Shown here: positions 12,301 through 24,300 of the stretch, piece by piece
Numbering within the stretch: position 1 is the first letter of the stretch
Layout of the letters: every line of letters starts with the position of its first letter
From: Leucoraja erinacea
Taxonomy: Eukaryota
DNA length: 64,000 nucleotides
Assembly (NCBI RefSeq): GCF_028641065.1
Contig: NC_073394.1
Location: 41,230,001-41,294,000 of the forward strand
Direction of reading: 5' to 3'
Position numbers and translations under genes: made by a program
Notes under the pieces: generated by a model
Told to the model about the DNA's origin: nothing
The model's input: only the letters and a program-made list of their open reading frames with translations
Databases searched by the model: none

Positions 12301-15300
12301 TCCTTCCACAGATGCTGCCTGACCCGTTCAGTTCCTTCAGCACTTTGATTTATGTACAATATTCCACAGAATGTATCACTAACTTATTCTACTTATCAGA
12401 TTGGTTTAATCCCTCATGGAATTGGTGTAGTTCTGGTCACCCCATAACATAAAGAATGTGGAGGCTTTGGAAAGCGTGCAGAAGAGGTTTATCAGAGCGC
12501 TTGCTTGGATTAGGGGGATCAGCTACACTGAGAGGTTGGACAGATTTGGATTGTTTTCTTTGGAATGACGGAAGTGGAGGGGAGAACTGATGGAAGTATA
12601 TACAATTGTGAGAGAAATAGATAAGGTGCAGTCAGAATATTTACCCAGGGTGTATTAGTGAGAATCTGGACAGCATAGTTTTAAGGTGAGAGAGTAAAGT
12701 TTAAACAAGATGTACAGGGCATGTTTTTAAACAGAGAGTGGATGCCGAGAATGCACTGCTATGTGTGGTGGAGGCAGATACGAACGATAGTGGCGTTTGG
12801 GAGGTTTATAAATAGACACATGGATATGCAGGGAATGGAGGGACATGTACCACACACAGGCAGAGAAGATGAGTTTATCTTGGCATCATGTTCAACACTG
12901 TGGGCCAAAGGGCCTGCTCCTGTGCTGTACTGTTCTAGGTTCTGTACTTAACTGGTACATATTGTGTTTATTTCCCGGGTGTGAAACAGCTGCAGCATTT
13001 AAGATTCCAAGGATTATACATATCATCACCATGATGCAGATTATAATTAAAGAGTAATTTGATTTCTGGTCTTTGAATAAAAGAAGCAATAGATTGACTT
13101 AAATGGCCAGGAATGTGTTAATAATCCTTGATTTGATGAATTGTATTGAATTGAATTGAGAGATTGAATTGATTGATCAGACCCTAAAGCCCACCAAGAC
13201 CATGCTGACCATCGATCACCTGTTCACACTAGTTCTATGTTATCCCACTTTCTCATCTTCTCCCTACAAACTAGGGGCAATTTACAGAGGGCCAATTAAC
13301 CTACAATCCTGCACGTCCTTGTGATGCTGGAGCACCCGGAGGAAACCCACGTGGTCACAGGGAGCACGGGCAAACTCCACACAGACGGCACCCGTGGTCA
13401 GGATCGAACCTCGGTCTCTGGAGCCATGAGGCAGCAACTCTACTTGATGCAATTCTGTGCTGCCCCAGACTCTGGGAATGATCAGTGGTCCTTTATGTAC
13501 AAGTTTCTAGACATATGGCAATCTGCAAAGTTGTATATATCTAGATTAATTTTCTAGAACCTGACTTGTTAGACATAACCAGACAAACATTGAACCGGTG
13601 GTGATTCAACTGTGGAACACTGCTCATTGCCCTGAATCCATTTTGCCGCTGAGCCACACACTGACTCCATCAGTGAAACAGTTATCTCCAGAGCTGAGGG
13701 TCCTGATGCACTTCACATCTGACCCCTCACTTTATTCATGGATGATGTACATCAGCGCTCATTACAAAAGGCTGACACCTCTAATTATTTAATTATTAAA
13801 TGTGTATTGAATCATGAGAGGAATAGATGGGGTGGATGCACAGAGACTTTTACCCCCCAGCCAAGGGGAATCAAGAACCAGGGGACATAGGTGAGTGGGG
13901 AAAGATAGGAAGCTGAGGGGAAACGGTCACATTCAGAGGGCGGTGGGTAAATGGAACAAGCTGCCAGAGGAGGGAGTTGGGGCTGGTACTATAACAGCAT
14001 TTAAAATATTTTTGTACAGTACATGGATAGGAAAAGTTTAGAGGGATAAGGGCCAAATGCTTAGATAAGTTCAAATTCATATGATAGGAGCAGAATTAGG
14101 CAATTCAGACTAATTCATCAAGTCTACTCCACCTTTCAATTATGGCTGATCTATCTTTCCCACCCAATCCCAATCTCCTAGCTTCTCCCCATAACCCCGA
14201 CACCCGTACTAATCAAGAATCCGAAAATCTGCCTTAAAAATGCCCAATGACTTGACCTCCACAGTCGTCTGTGGCAATGAATTCCACAGATTCACCGCCC
14301 TCTGACTAAAGAAATTCCTCCTCATCTGTCTAAAGGTGCGTCCTTGATTCTGAGGCTGTAGCCTCTGGTCCTAGACTCTCGCACTGTGTTCAACTCACCT
14401 GGCACGATGAGAGAAGGTTCTATTGTGAGACCATTCAGTAATGTTTGATGTGTCACAACGCATCTGTATTGATCACCATTATCCTTCAATGTCGGGTGAA
14501 TCTTCAGTTCACTCTCAGCATTGAAAGTGCGATCACCATTGGCAGTGATTTGAGTTGTATAGTTAGTCATGGAAACATTTCTTCTTCCTGTTATCTTCAC
14601 CCAGGTGATCTTTATCGGTCGAGGGTAAAATCCACTGGCTTTGCATGTCAGAGAAACTTCTGAACCTTTCTCAGTTGTGATGGACTGTGTCAATATAACG
14701 TTTGGTCGAGCTGCATTAAAAAATGTACATTTAAATATTAAAGGAAGAGACTGCAGGTGCTGGAGATAGAAAACAAAAGCAGACAATACTGGAAGCACTA
14801 AGCAGGTCCAAAACATTGCCAGGGAATGGAACAGGGTCATTTCTTCAGGCTGGGGTCTCTTCATCAGAGTTAGGAATGTTAGAACCATTAGCATCTGAAG
14901 ACATTAATATGATAAAGTAGGCACATGGTGTGCTTGCATTCATTGGTTGGGGCTTTGAGTATAAGAGTCAGGAAGTCATGATTCAGCTTCATGGGACTTT
15001 GTTTCACCTGCATTTAGACTGTTGTGGGCAGTTCTGTTTCACGTCAGTTTAGTTTATTGTCACATGTAAAGAGGTACATAAAATACTTTGGTTGCATGCT
15101 AACCAGTCAGTGGAAAGACAATACATGATTACATCAAACCATTCACAGTGTACAGATGCATGATAAGGGAATTACCCCTACTGCAAAATAAAGCCAGTAA
15201 AGTCAGATTAAAGATAGTCCAAAGGTCACGAATGAAGTAGATAGTAGTTCAGGACTACTCTCCACTTGTGGTAGGGTGGTTCTGCTGCCTGATAATAGCT

Positions 15301-18300
15301 GGGAAGAAACTGTCCATGAATCTGGAGGTGTGCGTTTTCACACTTCTGTTCACCCCATTACAGGAAGGGTCTGGAGGGTTTGGAGAGAGTGCAGAGGAGA
15401 TTTCCCAGAATGGATGGATTCGAGGGCATTAGCTACAGGGAGAGCTTGGACAGACTTGGATTGTTTTCTCTGGAATGCCAGAGGTTGTAGAAAGACCTGA
15501 TTGAAGTATATCAAATTATGAGAGGCGCAGGTAGGGAAGACAGTCAGAACCATTTTCCCAGGATGAAAATATCAAATACTAGAAGCCGCTGCTTTAAGGT
15601 TAGAGGAGCAAAGTTTAAAGGAGATGTGTGGGGCAAGTTTTTTTACACAGAGGGTGGTGGATGCCTGGAATGCACTATAACAGGGGTGGTGGTGGAGGCA
15701 GATACGATAGTGACATTTAGGAGACTTTTTGATAGGCACATCCAAAACATCCCCTACAACTTCCACCAACTTCTACAGATACACTGTGGGAAGCATTTTA
15801 TCGCCTTGTTTGGGAACAGCTGCAACCAAGACCGCATGATATTGCAGCGAATTGTGGACACAACTCAGACCATCGCACAAACCAACCTCCCTTCCATTGA
15901 CTCCATTTATACCTCATGCTGCCTCGGCAAGGCCAGCAACATAATCAAGGATGAGTCGCATCCTGGCCACTCCCTCTTCTCCCCTCTCCCATCAGACAAA
16001 GGATATAGAAGTGTGAAAATGCACACCTCCAGATTCAGGGACAGTTTCTTCCCAGCTGTTATCAGGCAACGGAACCATCCTATCACCAACTAGATAACAA
16101 TAGACAATAGACAAAAGACAATAGGTGCAGGAGTAGGCCATTTGACCCTTCAAGCTAGCACCGCCATTCAATGTGATCATGGCTGATCATCCCCAATCAG
16201 TACCCCGTTCCTGCCTTCTCCACATATCCCTTGACTCCGCTATTTTTAAGAGCCCTATCTAGCTCTCTCTTGAAAGCATCCAGAGAACCTGCCTCCACCG
16301 CCCTCTGAGGTAGAGAATTCCAGAGACTCACCACTCTCTGTGAGAAAAAGTGATTCCTCGTCTCCATTCTAAATGGCTTACTCCTTATTTTTAAACTGTG
16401 GCCCCTGGTTTTGGACTCCCCCAACATCGGGAACATGTTTCCTGCCTCTAGTGTGTCCAAGCCCTTAACAATCTTATATGTTTCAATGAGATATCCTCTC
16501 ATCATTCTAAACTCCAGAGTGTACAAGCCCAGCTGCTCCATTCTCTCAGCATATGACAGTCCCGCCATCCCGGGAATTAACCTTGTAAACCTACGCTGCA
16601 CTCCTTCAATAGCAACAATGTCCTTCCTCAAAGTGCTGAAATACCATCTACCTCTTTGGTGAGCCATGGACTATCTTTGATTGGACTTCACTGGCCTTAT
16701 CTTGCACTGAACGTTATTCTCTGATCATGTATCTGTTGTTGTTGTTTGTTGTTCATCCTGCATAGTCGAAGAAGACGATGACTTCAGTGTTTTTGTTAGT
16801 GGGTCCCCAGGTGACTGGTGAGCCCGATCCGGGCCTGGAAGGCTCGTTCACATATGGGACACAGCTGGGTGGGCGTCGCAGTAGAAGCCAAAGTGGCCCG
16901 AGCCCCACGCGCGGCGCGTTTCCTCTGTGTCTCTGTGGCGCGCCCCTTCCCAGCTGCATGCGCTCCTGTGGTGATCCTGCTTCGCCCAGTTGTACACTAT
17001 AGATGGCTCAATTGTAATTGTCTTTCCACTGACTGGTTAGCACACAACAAAAGCAACAAAATGCACACCTTGATACGACGATAAACTAAATCTACTGCAC
17101 TGATAAACACATGGAAATGCAGGGAATGGAGGGATATGGGCTACACATAAGTACAGGTAGATAAGAGATGGTCTTGGCATTATGTTCAGAGTACAAAAAG
17201 TAGTAAACACTGCCCAGTCCATCATCGGCTCTGACCTTTCTTCCATCGAGGGGATTTATCGCAGTCGCTGCCTCAAAAAGGCTGGCAGTATCATCAAAGA
17301 CCCACACCATCCTGGCCACACACTCATCTCCCTGCTACCTTCAGGTAGAAGGTACAGGAGCCTGAAGACTGCAACAACCAGGTTCAGGAATAGCTACTTC
17401 CCCACAGCCATCAGGCTATTAAACCTGGCTCGGACAAAACTCTGATTATTAATAACCACTTTCTGCTATTTGCACTTTATCAGTTTATTTACTCATGTGT
17501 GTATATATTTATATCATGGTATATGGACACATTTATCTGTTTTGTAGTAAATGCCTACTATTTTCTGTGTGCTTAAGCAAAGCAAGAATTTCAATGTCCT
17601 ATACAGGGACACATGACAATAAACTCACTTGAACACTCACTTGAACTTGAACACTTGAGTAGACATTGTGGGCTGAATAGCTTGTTGCTGCGCTGTTCAG
17701 TTAAGTTGCAGAGAGGGGAGCATTCTTTTTTTAATTTGTTTTAAAATATTTTTATTAGAAGTAGTGTACAATAATATAAGACATGAATAACATGTTACAT
17801 TTCATGTACAACTTCTTATTTTAAATTTAATAGTAAAAAAGAAGAGTAAGAAAAGCAAGAAATAGAGAGGAAGAGAATATTATATAAAGTAGTAATATTG
17901 TTAATTCGTGAAAAAATAGGGGGAAAAAAGAGCTCATAAGGCCTTATAGCCCGAAAGAAAACAAGAAGGTGATGTGAAATAAGAAAGAAAAGGAATAGAG
18001 AAGAAAAAAAGAGAAGAAAAAAGAGAAATTGAAAGGGATATACCTACTTCGTATCTTTCGTATCTTTACGACTCTCGTCAGCAGCGGCCTCTGCAGCCCG
18101 TCCGCGTTTTTATTATTTGCTGTCTATGTTTTTATGTAGTTTTTGTTATTTTTTGTTGGGGTGTGTGTGTGGGGGGGTGGGGGTGGGGTAGGAGGGAGGG
18201 GGAAACTTTTAAATCTCTCCCTGCACGGGAGACCCGACCTTTTCTTGTCGGGTCTCCGTTATCGTTGGGGCTGCAACGAGGTGCGGCCTCCAACAGGAAG

Positions 18301-21300
18301 AGACCGGGGACTCTGGTGCCGACGACTCACCGTCACCGTCGCGGGGCTGGCCGAGTCCGGAGTGGGTGGAGCGGTGGAGGAGCGCTGCTGCTGCTACTGC
18401 TGCGGCCCGACTTCCGGAGATTCGGAGGCTTCAACTGCAGGTCTGGTGAACGGCAGCATCGGGAGCCCGCGGGTCCCTGGAGGGAGACCGCTTTTCAGGG
18501 CTCTCGCAACGGCGACTTCTCCCGCCCGAGTTGCGGGGTCGAAGAGCTCCTGGAGCGGGGCCTGACATCACCGCCCCGCGAGGCTTGGAATGGCCGCGGG
18601 ACTCTGCGAGCGCACGCCGGGGGCTCCAACACCAAGACCCAGTGTGCGACCTCGCACCACCCGGCGTGTCTTTAATGGCCGCGGGACAATTGCCATCACC
18701 AGCCGGGGGCTTTGACTTTGACTCTGACATCGGGGGGGGGGGAGAGTGCAGTGGGGAGATAAGTTTTTTTTTGGCCTTCCATCACAGCGATGTGATGGAT
18801 GTTTATGTAAAATGTAAATTATGTTGTGTCTTGTGTCTATTTGTTTGTAATGTATGGCTGCAGAAACGGCATTTCGTTTGGACCTCAAGGGGTCCAAATG
18901 ACCATAATATGGTTGAGTTCTTTAGGATGGAGAGTGACATTGTTAATTCAGAAACAATGGTTTTGAACTTAAAGAAAGGTAACTTTGAGGGTATGAGACG
19001 TGAATTGGCCAAGATTGCCTGGCAATTAATTCTAAAAGGGTTGACGGTGGATAAGCAATGGAAGGCATTAAAAGACTGCATGGATGAAGTACAAAAATTG
19101 TTCATCCCAGTATAGCAGAAGAATAAATCAGGGAAGGTAGTGCATCCATGGATAACAAGGGAAATCAGGGATAGTATCAAAGCAAAGGATGATGCGTACA
19201 AACTAGCCAGAAAAAGCAGCATACCGGAGGACTGGGAGAAATTCAGAGACCAGCAGAGGAGGACGACGGGCTTAATTAGGAAAGGAAAAATGGATTATGA
19301 AAGAAAACTGGCAGGGAACATAAAAACTGACTGCAAAAGTTTTTATAGATATGTGAAAAGAAAGAGATTAGTTAAAACAAATGTAGGTCCCTTGCAGTCA
19401 GAAACAGGTGAGTTGATCATGGGGAACCAGGATATGGCGGACCAATTGAATAACTACTTTGGTTCCGTCTTCACTAAGGAAGACATAAATGATCTGCCGG
19501 AAATAGCAGGGGCCCGCGGGTCAAAGGAGGTGGAGGAATTGAGTGAAATCCAGGTTAGTCGGGAAGTGGTGTTGGGTAAATTGAATGGATTAAAGGCCGA
19601 TAAATCCCCAGCGCCAGATAGGCTGCATCCCAGAGTACTTAAGGAAGTAGCTCCAGAAATAGTGGATGCATTAGTAATAATCTTTCAAAACTCTTTAGAT
19701 TCTGGAGTAGTTCCAGAGGATTGGCGGGTAGCAAACGTAACCCCACTTTTTAAGAAGGGAGGGAGAGAGAAAACGGGGAATTACAGACCAGTTAGCCTAA
19801 CATCGGTAGTGGGGAAACTGTTAGAGTCAGTTATTAAAGATGGGATAGCAGCACATTTGGAAAGTGGTGAAATCATTGGACAAAGTCAGCATGGATTTAC
19901 GAAAGGTAAATCATGTCTGACGAATCTTATAGAATTTTTCGAGGATGTAACTAGTAGCGTGGATAGGGGAGAACCAGTGGATGTGGTGTATGTGGACTTC
20001 CAGAAGGCTTTCGACAAGGTCCCACATAAGAGATTAGTATACAAACTTAAAGCACATGGCATTGGGGGTTCAGTATTGATGTGGATAGAGAACTGGCTGG
20101 CAAACAGGAAGCAAAGAGTAGGAGTAAAAGGGTCCTTTTCACAATGGCAGGCAGTGACTAGTGGGGTACCGCAAGGCTCAGTAACCATATAATAACCATA
20201 TAACCATATAACAATTACAGCACGGAAACAGGCCATCTCGACCCTTCTAGTCCGTGCCGAACACATAATCTCCCCTAGTCCCATATACCTGCGCTCAGAC
20301 CATAACCCTCCATTCCCTTCCCATCCATATAACTATCCAATTTATTTTTAAATGATAAAAACGAACCTGCCTCCACCACCTTCACTGGAAGCTCATTCCA
20401 CACAGCTACCACTCTCTGAGTAAAGAAGTTCCCCCTCATGTTAGCGCTAAACTTCAGTCCCTTAATTCTCATGTCATGTCCCCTTGTTTGAATCTTCCCT
20501 ACTCTCAGTGGGAAAAGCTTTTCCACGTCAACTCTGTCTGTCCCTCTCATCATTTTAAAAACCTCTATCAAGTCCCCCCTTAACCTTCTGCGCTCCAAAG
20601 AATAAAGCCCTAACTTGTTCAACCTTTCTCTGTAACTTAGTTGCTGAAACCCAGGCAACATTCTAGTAAATCTCCTCTGTACTCTCTCTATTTTGTTGAC
20701 ATCCTTCCTATAATTAGGCGACCTAAATTGTACACCATACTCCTGAATTGGCCTCACCAATGCCTTGTACAATTTTAACATTACATCCCAACTTCTATAC
20801 TCAGTACTGGGACCCCAGCTATTTACAATATATATTAATGATCTGGATGAGGGAATTGAAGGCAATATCTCCAAGTTTGCGGATGACACTAAGCTGGGGG
20901 GCAGTGTTAGGTGTGACGAGGATGCTAGGAGACTGCAAGGTGACTTGGATAGGCTGGGTGAGTGGGCAAATGTTTGGCAGATGCAGTATAATGTGGATAA
21001 ATGTGAGGTTATCTATCTTGGTGGCAAAAACGGGAAAGCAGATTATTATCTAAACGGTGGCCGATTGGGAAAGGGGGAGATGCAGCGAGACCTGGGTGTC
21101 ATGGTACACCAGTCATTGAAGGTAGGCATGCAGGTGCAGCAGGCAGTAAAGAAAGCGAATGGTATGTTGGCTTTCATAGCAAGAGGATTTGAGTATAGGA
21201 GCAGGGAGGTTCTACTGCAGTTGTACAGGGTCTTGGTGAGACCACACCTGGGGTATTGCGTGCAGTTTTGGTCTCCAAATCTGAGGAAGGACATTATTGC

Positions 21301-24300
21301 CATAGAGGGAGTGCAGAGAAGGTTCACCAGACTGATTCCTGGGATGTCAGGACTGTCTCTTATGAAGAAAGACTGGATAGACTTGGTTTATACTCTCTAG
21401 AATTTAGGAGACTGAGAGGGGATCTTATAGAAACTTACAAAATTCTTAAGGGATTGGACAGGCTAGATGCAGGAAGATTGTTCCCGATGTTGCGGAAGTC
21501 CAGGACAAGGGGTCACAGCTTAAGGATAAGGGGGAAATCCTTTAAAACCGAGATGAGGAGAACTTTTTTTCACACAGAGAGTGGTGAATCTCTGGAACTC
21601 TCTGCCACAGAGGGTAGTTGAGGCCAGTTCATTGGCTATATTTAAGAGGGAGTTGGATGTGGCCCTTGTGGCCAAGGGGATCAGAGGGTATGGAGAGAAG
21701 GCAGGTACGGGATACTGAGTTGGATGATCAGCCATGATCATATTAAATGGCGGTGCAGGCTCGAAGGGCCGAATGGCCTACTCCTGCACCTAATTTCTAT
21801 GTTTCTATGTTTCTATATTTGTGTGTAATGTATGGCTGCAGAAACGGCATTTCGTTTGGACCTTAAGGGGTCCAAATGACAATTAAATATTTCTGTTGCT
21901 ATTCTAAAGGGGAATTTTAAAAGGAGAGCAATCCTCTTTCTGCATTATTATCCAGTCTACTTGTTGAGCAGACTTGTCCAACCCATGAATTGCATTTTTG
22001 ATCTCATATCTTCAAAGTGTAACATTTCCGACATGTTTGAAATCCACATTTTGAGCGTTGGTGTGGGTGCATTTTTCCAGAATTTAAGTATAAGTTTGTT
22101 GCCGTTATTAAGCCATAATTAAGGAGACATTTTTGAAACAAAGTCAGCTTACAGTCTTCCATTGATCCAAAGATAATCAGTTCTGTATTGGGGTTCAATT
22201 TTATTTTAAATAATTTTGTAAAAATTCACAAGATGTCATTCCAAAATGTATGAAGTTTTATGCAAGAGACAAAAGAGTGTACTATAATAGCATTTTGAGA
22301 TAAGCATTTATCACATATGGGAGAAACATTTGGAAAAATGTTTTATTCAGTTTGGTTTTTGAGTAATATAATCTGTGTAAAATTTTAAATTGAATTGTTA
22401 TCTTACATTAATCGAGCATTTATGTACATATAGCAAGTATTTTTCCCATCTGTCATTCGGAATTTTTATAGATAATTCTTGTTCCCAGTCCATTCTAATT
22501 GCCTCTGACGATGGTATTTCTATATTTAAAATGATGTTATACAAATATGATATTAAATTACTTGATTCTGCTTTTCTGTTCATTCCTTCATCTAATAGAT
22601 CTGAGGTTAAGGTTTGATATTCTTGTGTGTGTTTCTTCAAGTAATCTCGGATTTGTAGGTATTTGAAATATTGATTGCTTTTCAGGTTGTATTTTAGTTG
22701 TAGTTGTTGAAATGATAAAAGTTTTCCCATTTCATACATGTCTCCAAGCGTTTTAATTCCTATTCTTTCCCTATGGGTAAACGTTTTATCAATAATAGAT
22801 GGTTTAAGTGACGGGTTATTAACTATTGGAGAAAGAAGCGATAGATTTCTTAATTTGAGAGTTAATTTTATTTGTTTCCAAATTCGTATTGTACTATGAA
22901 TAATTGGATTCTTCTTGTATATTGTATTATTCCGTTTTAATCGGGGAGAGATGGATCGCTCCTATATTAAAAGGAGAGCAATCCTCTTTCTGCATTATTA
23001 TCCAGTCTACTTGTTGAGCAGACTTGTCCAACCAATGAATTGCATTTTTGATGTTCACTGCCCAATAATAATACACAAAATTGGGGCGGTGTCAGTCCGC
23101 GCCGCGTCCCGGCGCGCGGCGCGCCGCGGCGCGGCGCGCGGCCTTCGCGCGCGGGGGCGCCGCGGGCGCTCGGCGCGGCGCGCGCGCGCGCGGCGCGCGC
23201 GGCGCGGGCGGCCGCGCGCGGCGCGCGCTAGCGCGGGCGGCGGCGCGCGGCGCGCGCGGCCCGGGCGCGCGCGCGCGCGCCGGCTCCGGGGGGCGCGCGC
23301 GCGCTGCGCGGCGGCGCGGCGCCGCGCGCGCGCGGCGCGCGCGCGCGCGCGCGGCGCGCGCGCGGCGCGCGCGCGCGCGCGGGCCAAATTCCGCGCGCGG
23401 GCGCGCGCGCGCGCGCCCGCGCGCGGCGCCCGCGCGCGCGCGCGCGCGCGCGCGCGGCCGCCGCGCGCGCGCGCGCGCGCGCGCGGCGCGCGGCGCGCGC
23501 GGCGCCGCGCGCGCGCGCGGCGGCGCGCGCCGCGCCGCGCGCCGCGCGGCCCGCGCGCGCGCGGCGCGCGGCCGCGCGCGCGCGCGCGCGCGCGGCGCGC
23601 GCGCGCGCGCCCCGCCGCGCGCGCCGCCGGCGCGCGCCCGCGGCGCGCGCGGGGCGCGCGCGCGCGCGCGCGCGCGGGCGCGCCGCTCGGCGCGCGCGGC
23701 CGGCGCGCGCGGGCGGGCGCGCGGCGCGCGCGGCGCGCCGCGCGCGCGGCGCCGGCCGCGCCGCGCGCGCGCGCGCGCGCGCGCGGCGCGCCGCGCGCGC
23801 GCGCGGGGGCGCCGCGTCGCGCGCCGCGGGCGCGCGCGCCGCGCGCGCGGCCGCGGCGCGCCGCGGCGCCCGCGCGCGCGCGGCCGCGCGCCGGGCGAAT
23901 GCGCCCCGCCGCGCGCGCCGCGCGCGCGCGGCGCGCGCGGGGGCGCGGCGCGCGCGCGCGCGCGCCGGCCGCGGCGCGCGCGCGCGGCCCGCGCGCGGCC
24001 GCGGGCGCGGGGCGGCGTGAGCCATTGACCGGCGGGCGCGGGCGCCGGGCGGGCGGGCGCGCGCGCCGGGCGCGCCCGGCGCGTTCCTATTGGGCGGCCC
24101 ATATGAAGCGCGGGGAGCGCCCGCCGGCGGCCGCAGCCGCGGCGGGCGGCGCGCGGCGGTGGGGGCGGGGGCGCAGTTATTAAGATGGGCGCAGGCATTT
24201 GGAAAGTGGCGCGGGGGACGGCGGCGTCAGCATGGATTTACGTATGAGGGAATTTTGCAATAAAAAGTAAGTTTGCATGACACTAAAGATTTAAATTTAG

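Noticed and set aside
18143-19115. GC-rich ORF cluster or CpG-island promoter
   Set aside because: Lies within an inserted repeat with sharp boundaries; no recognisable protein or splice structure.
22915-24198. Long Arg/Ala-rich ORFs on both strands (up to 422 aa)
   Set aside because: They are open only because the C/G tract cannot form stop codons; no domain; probable artefact.
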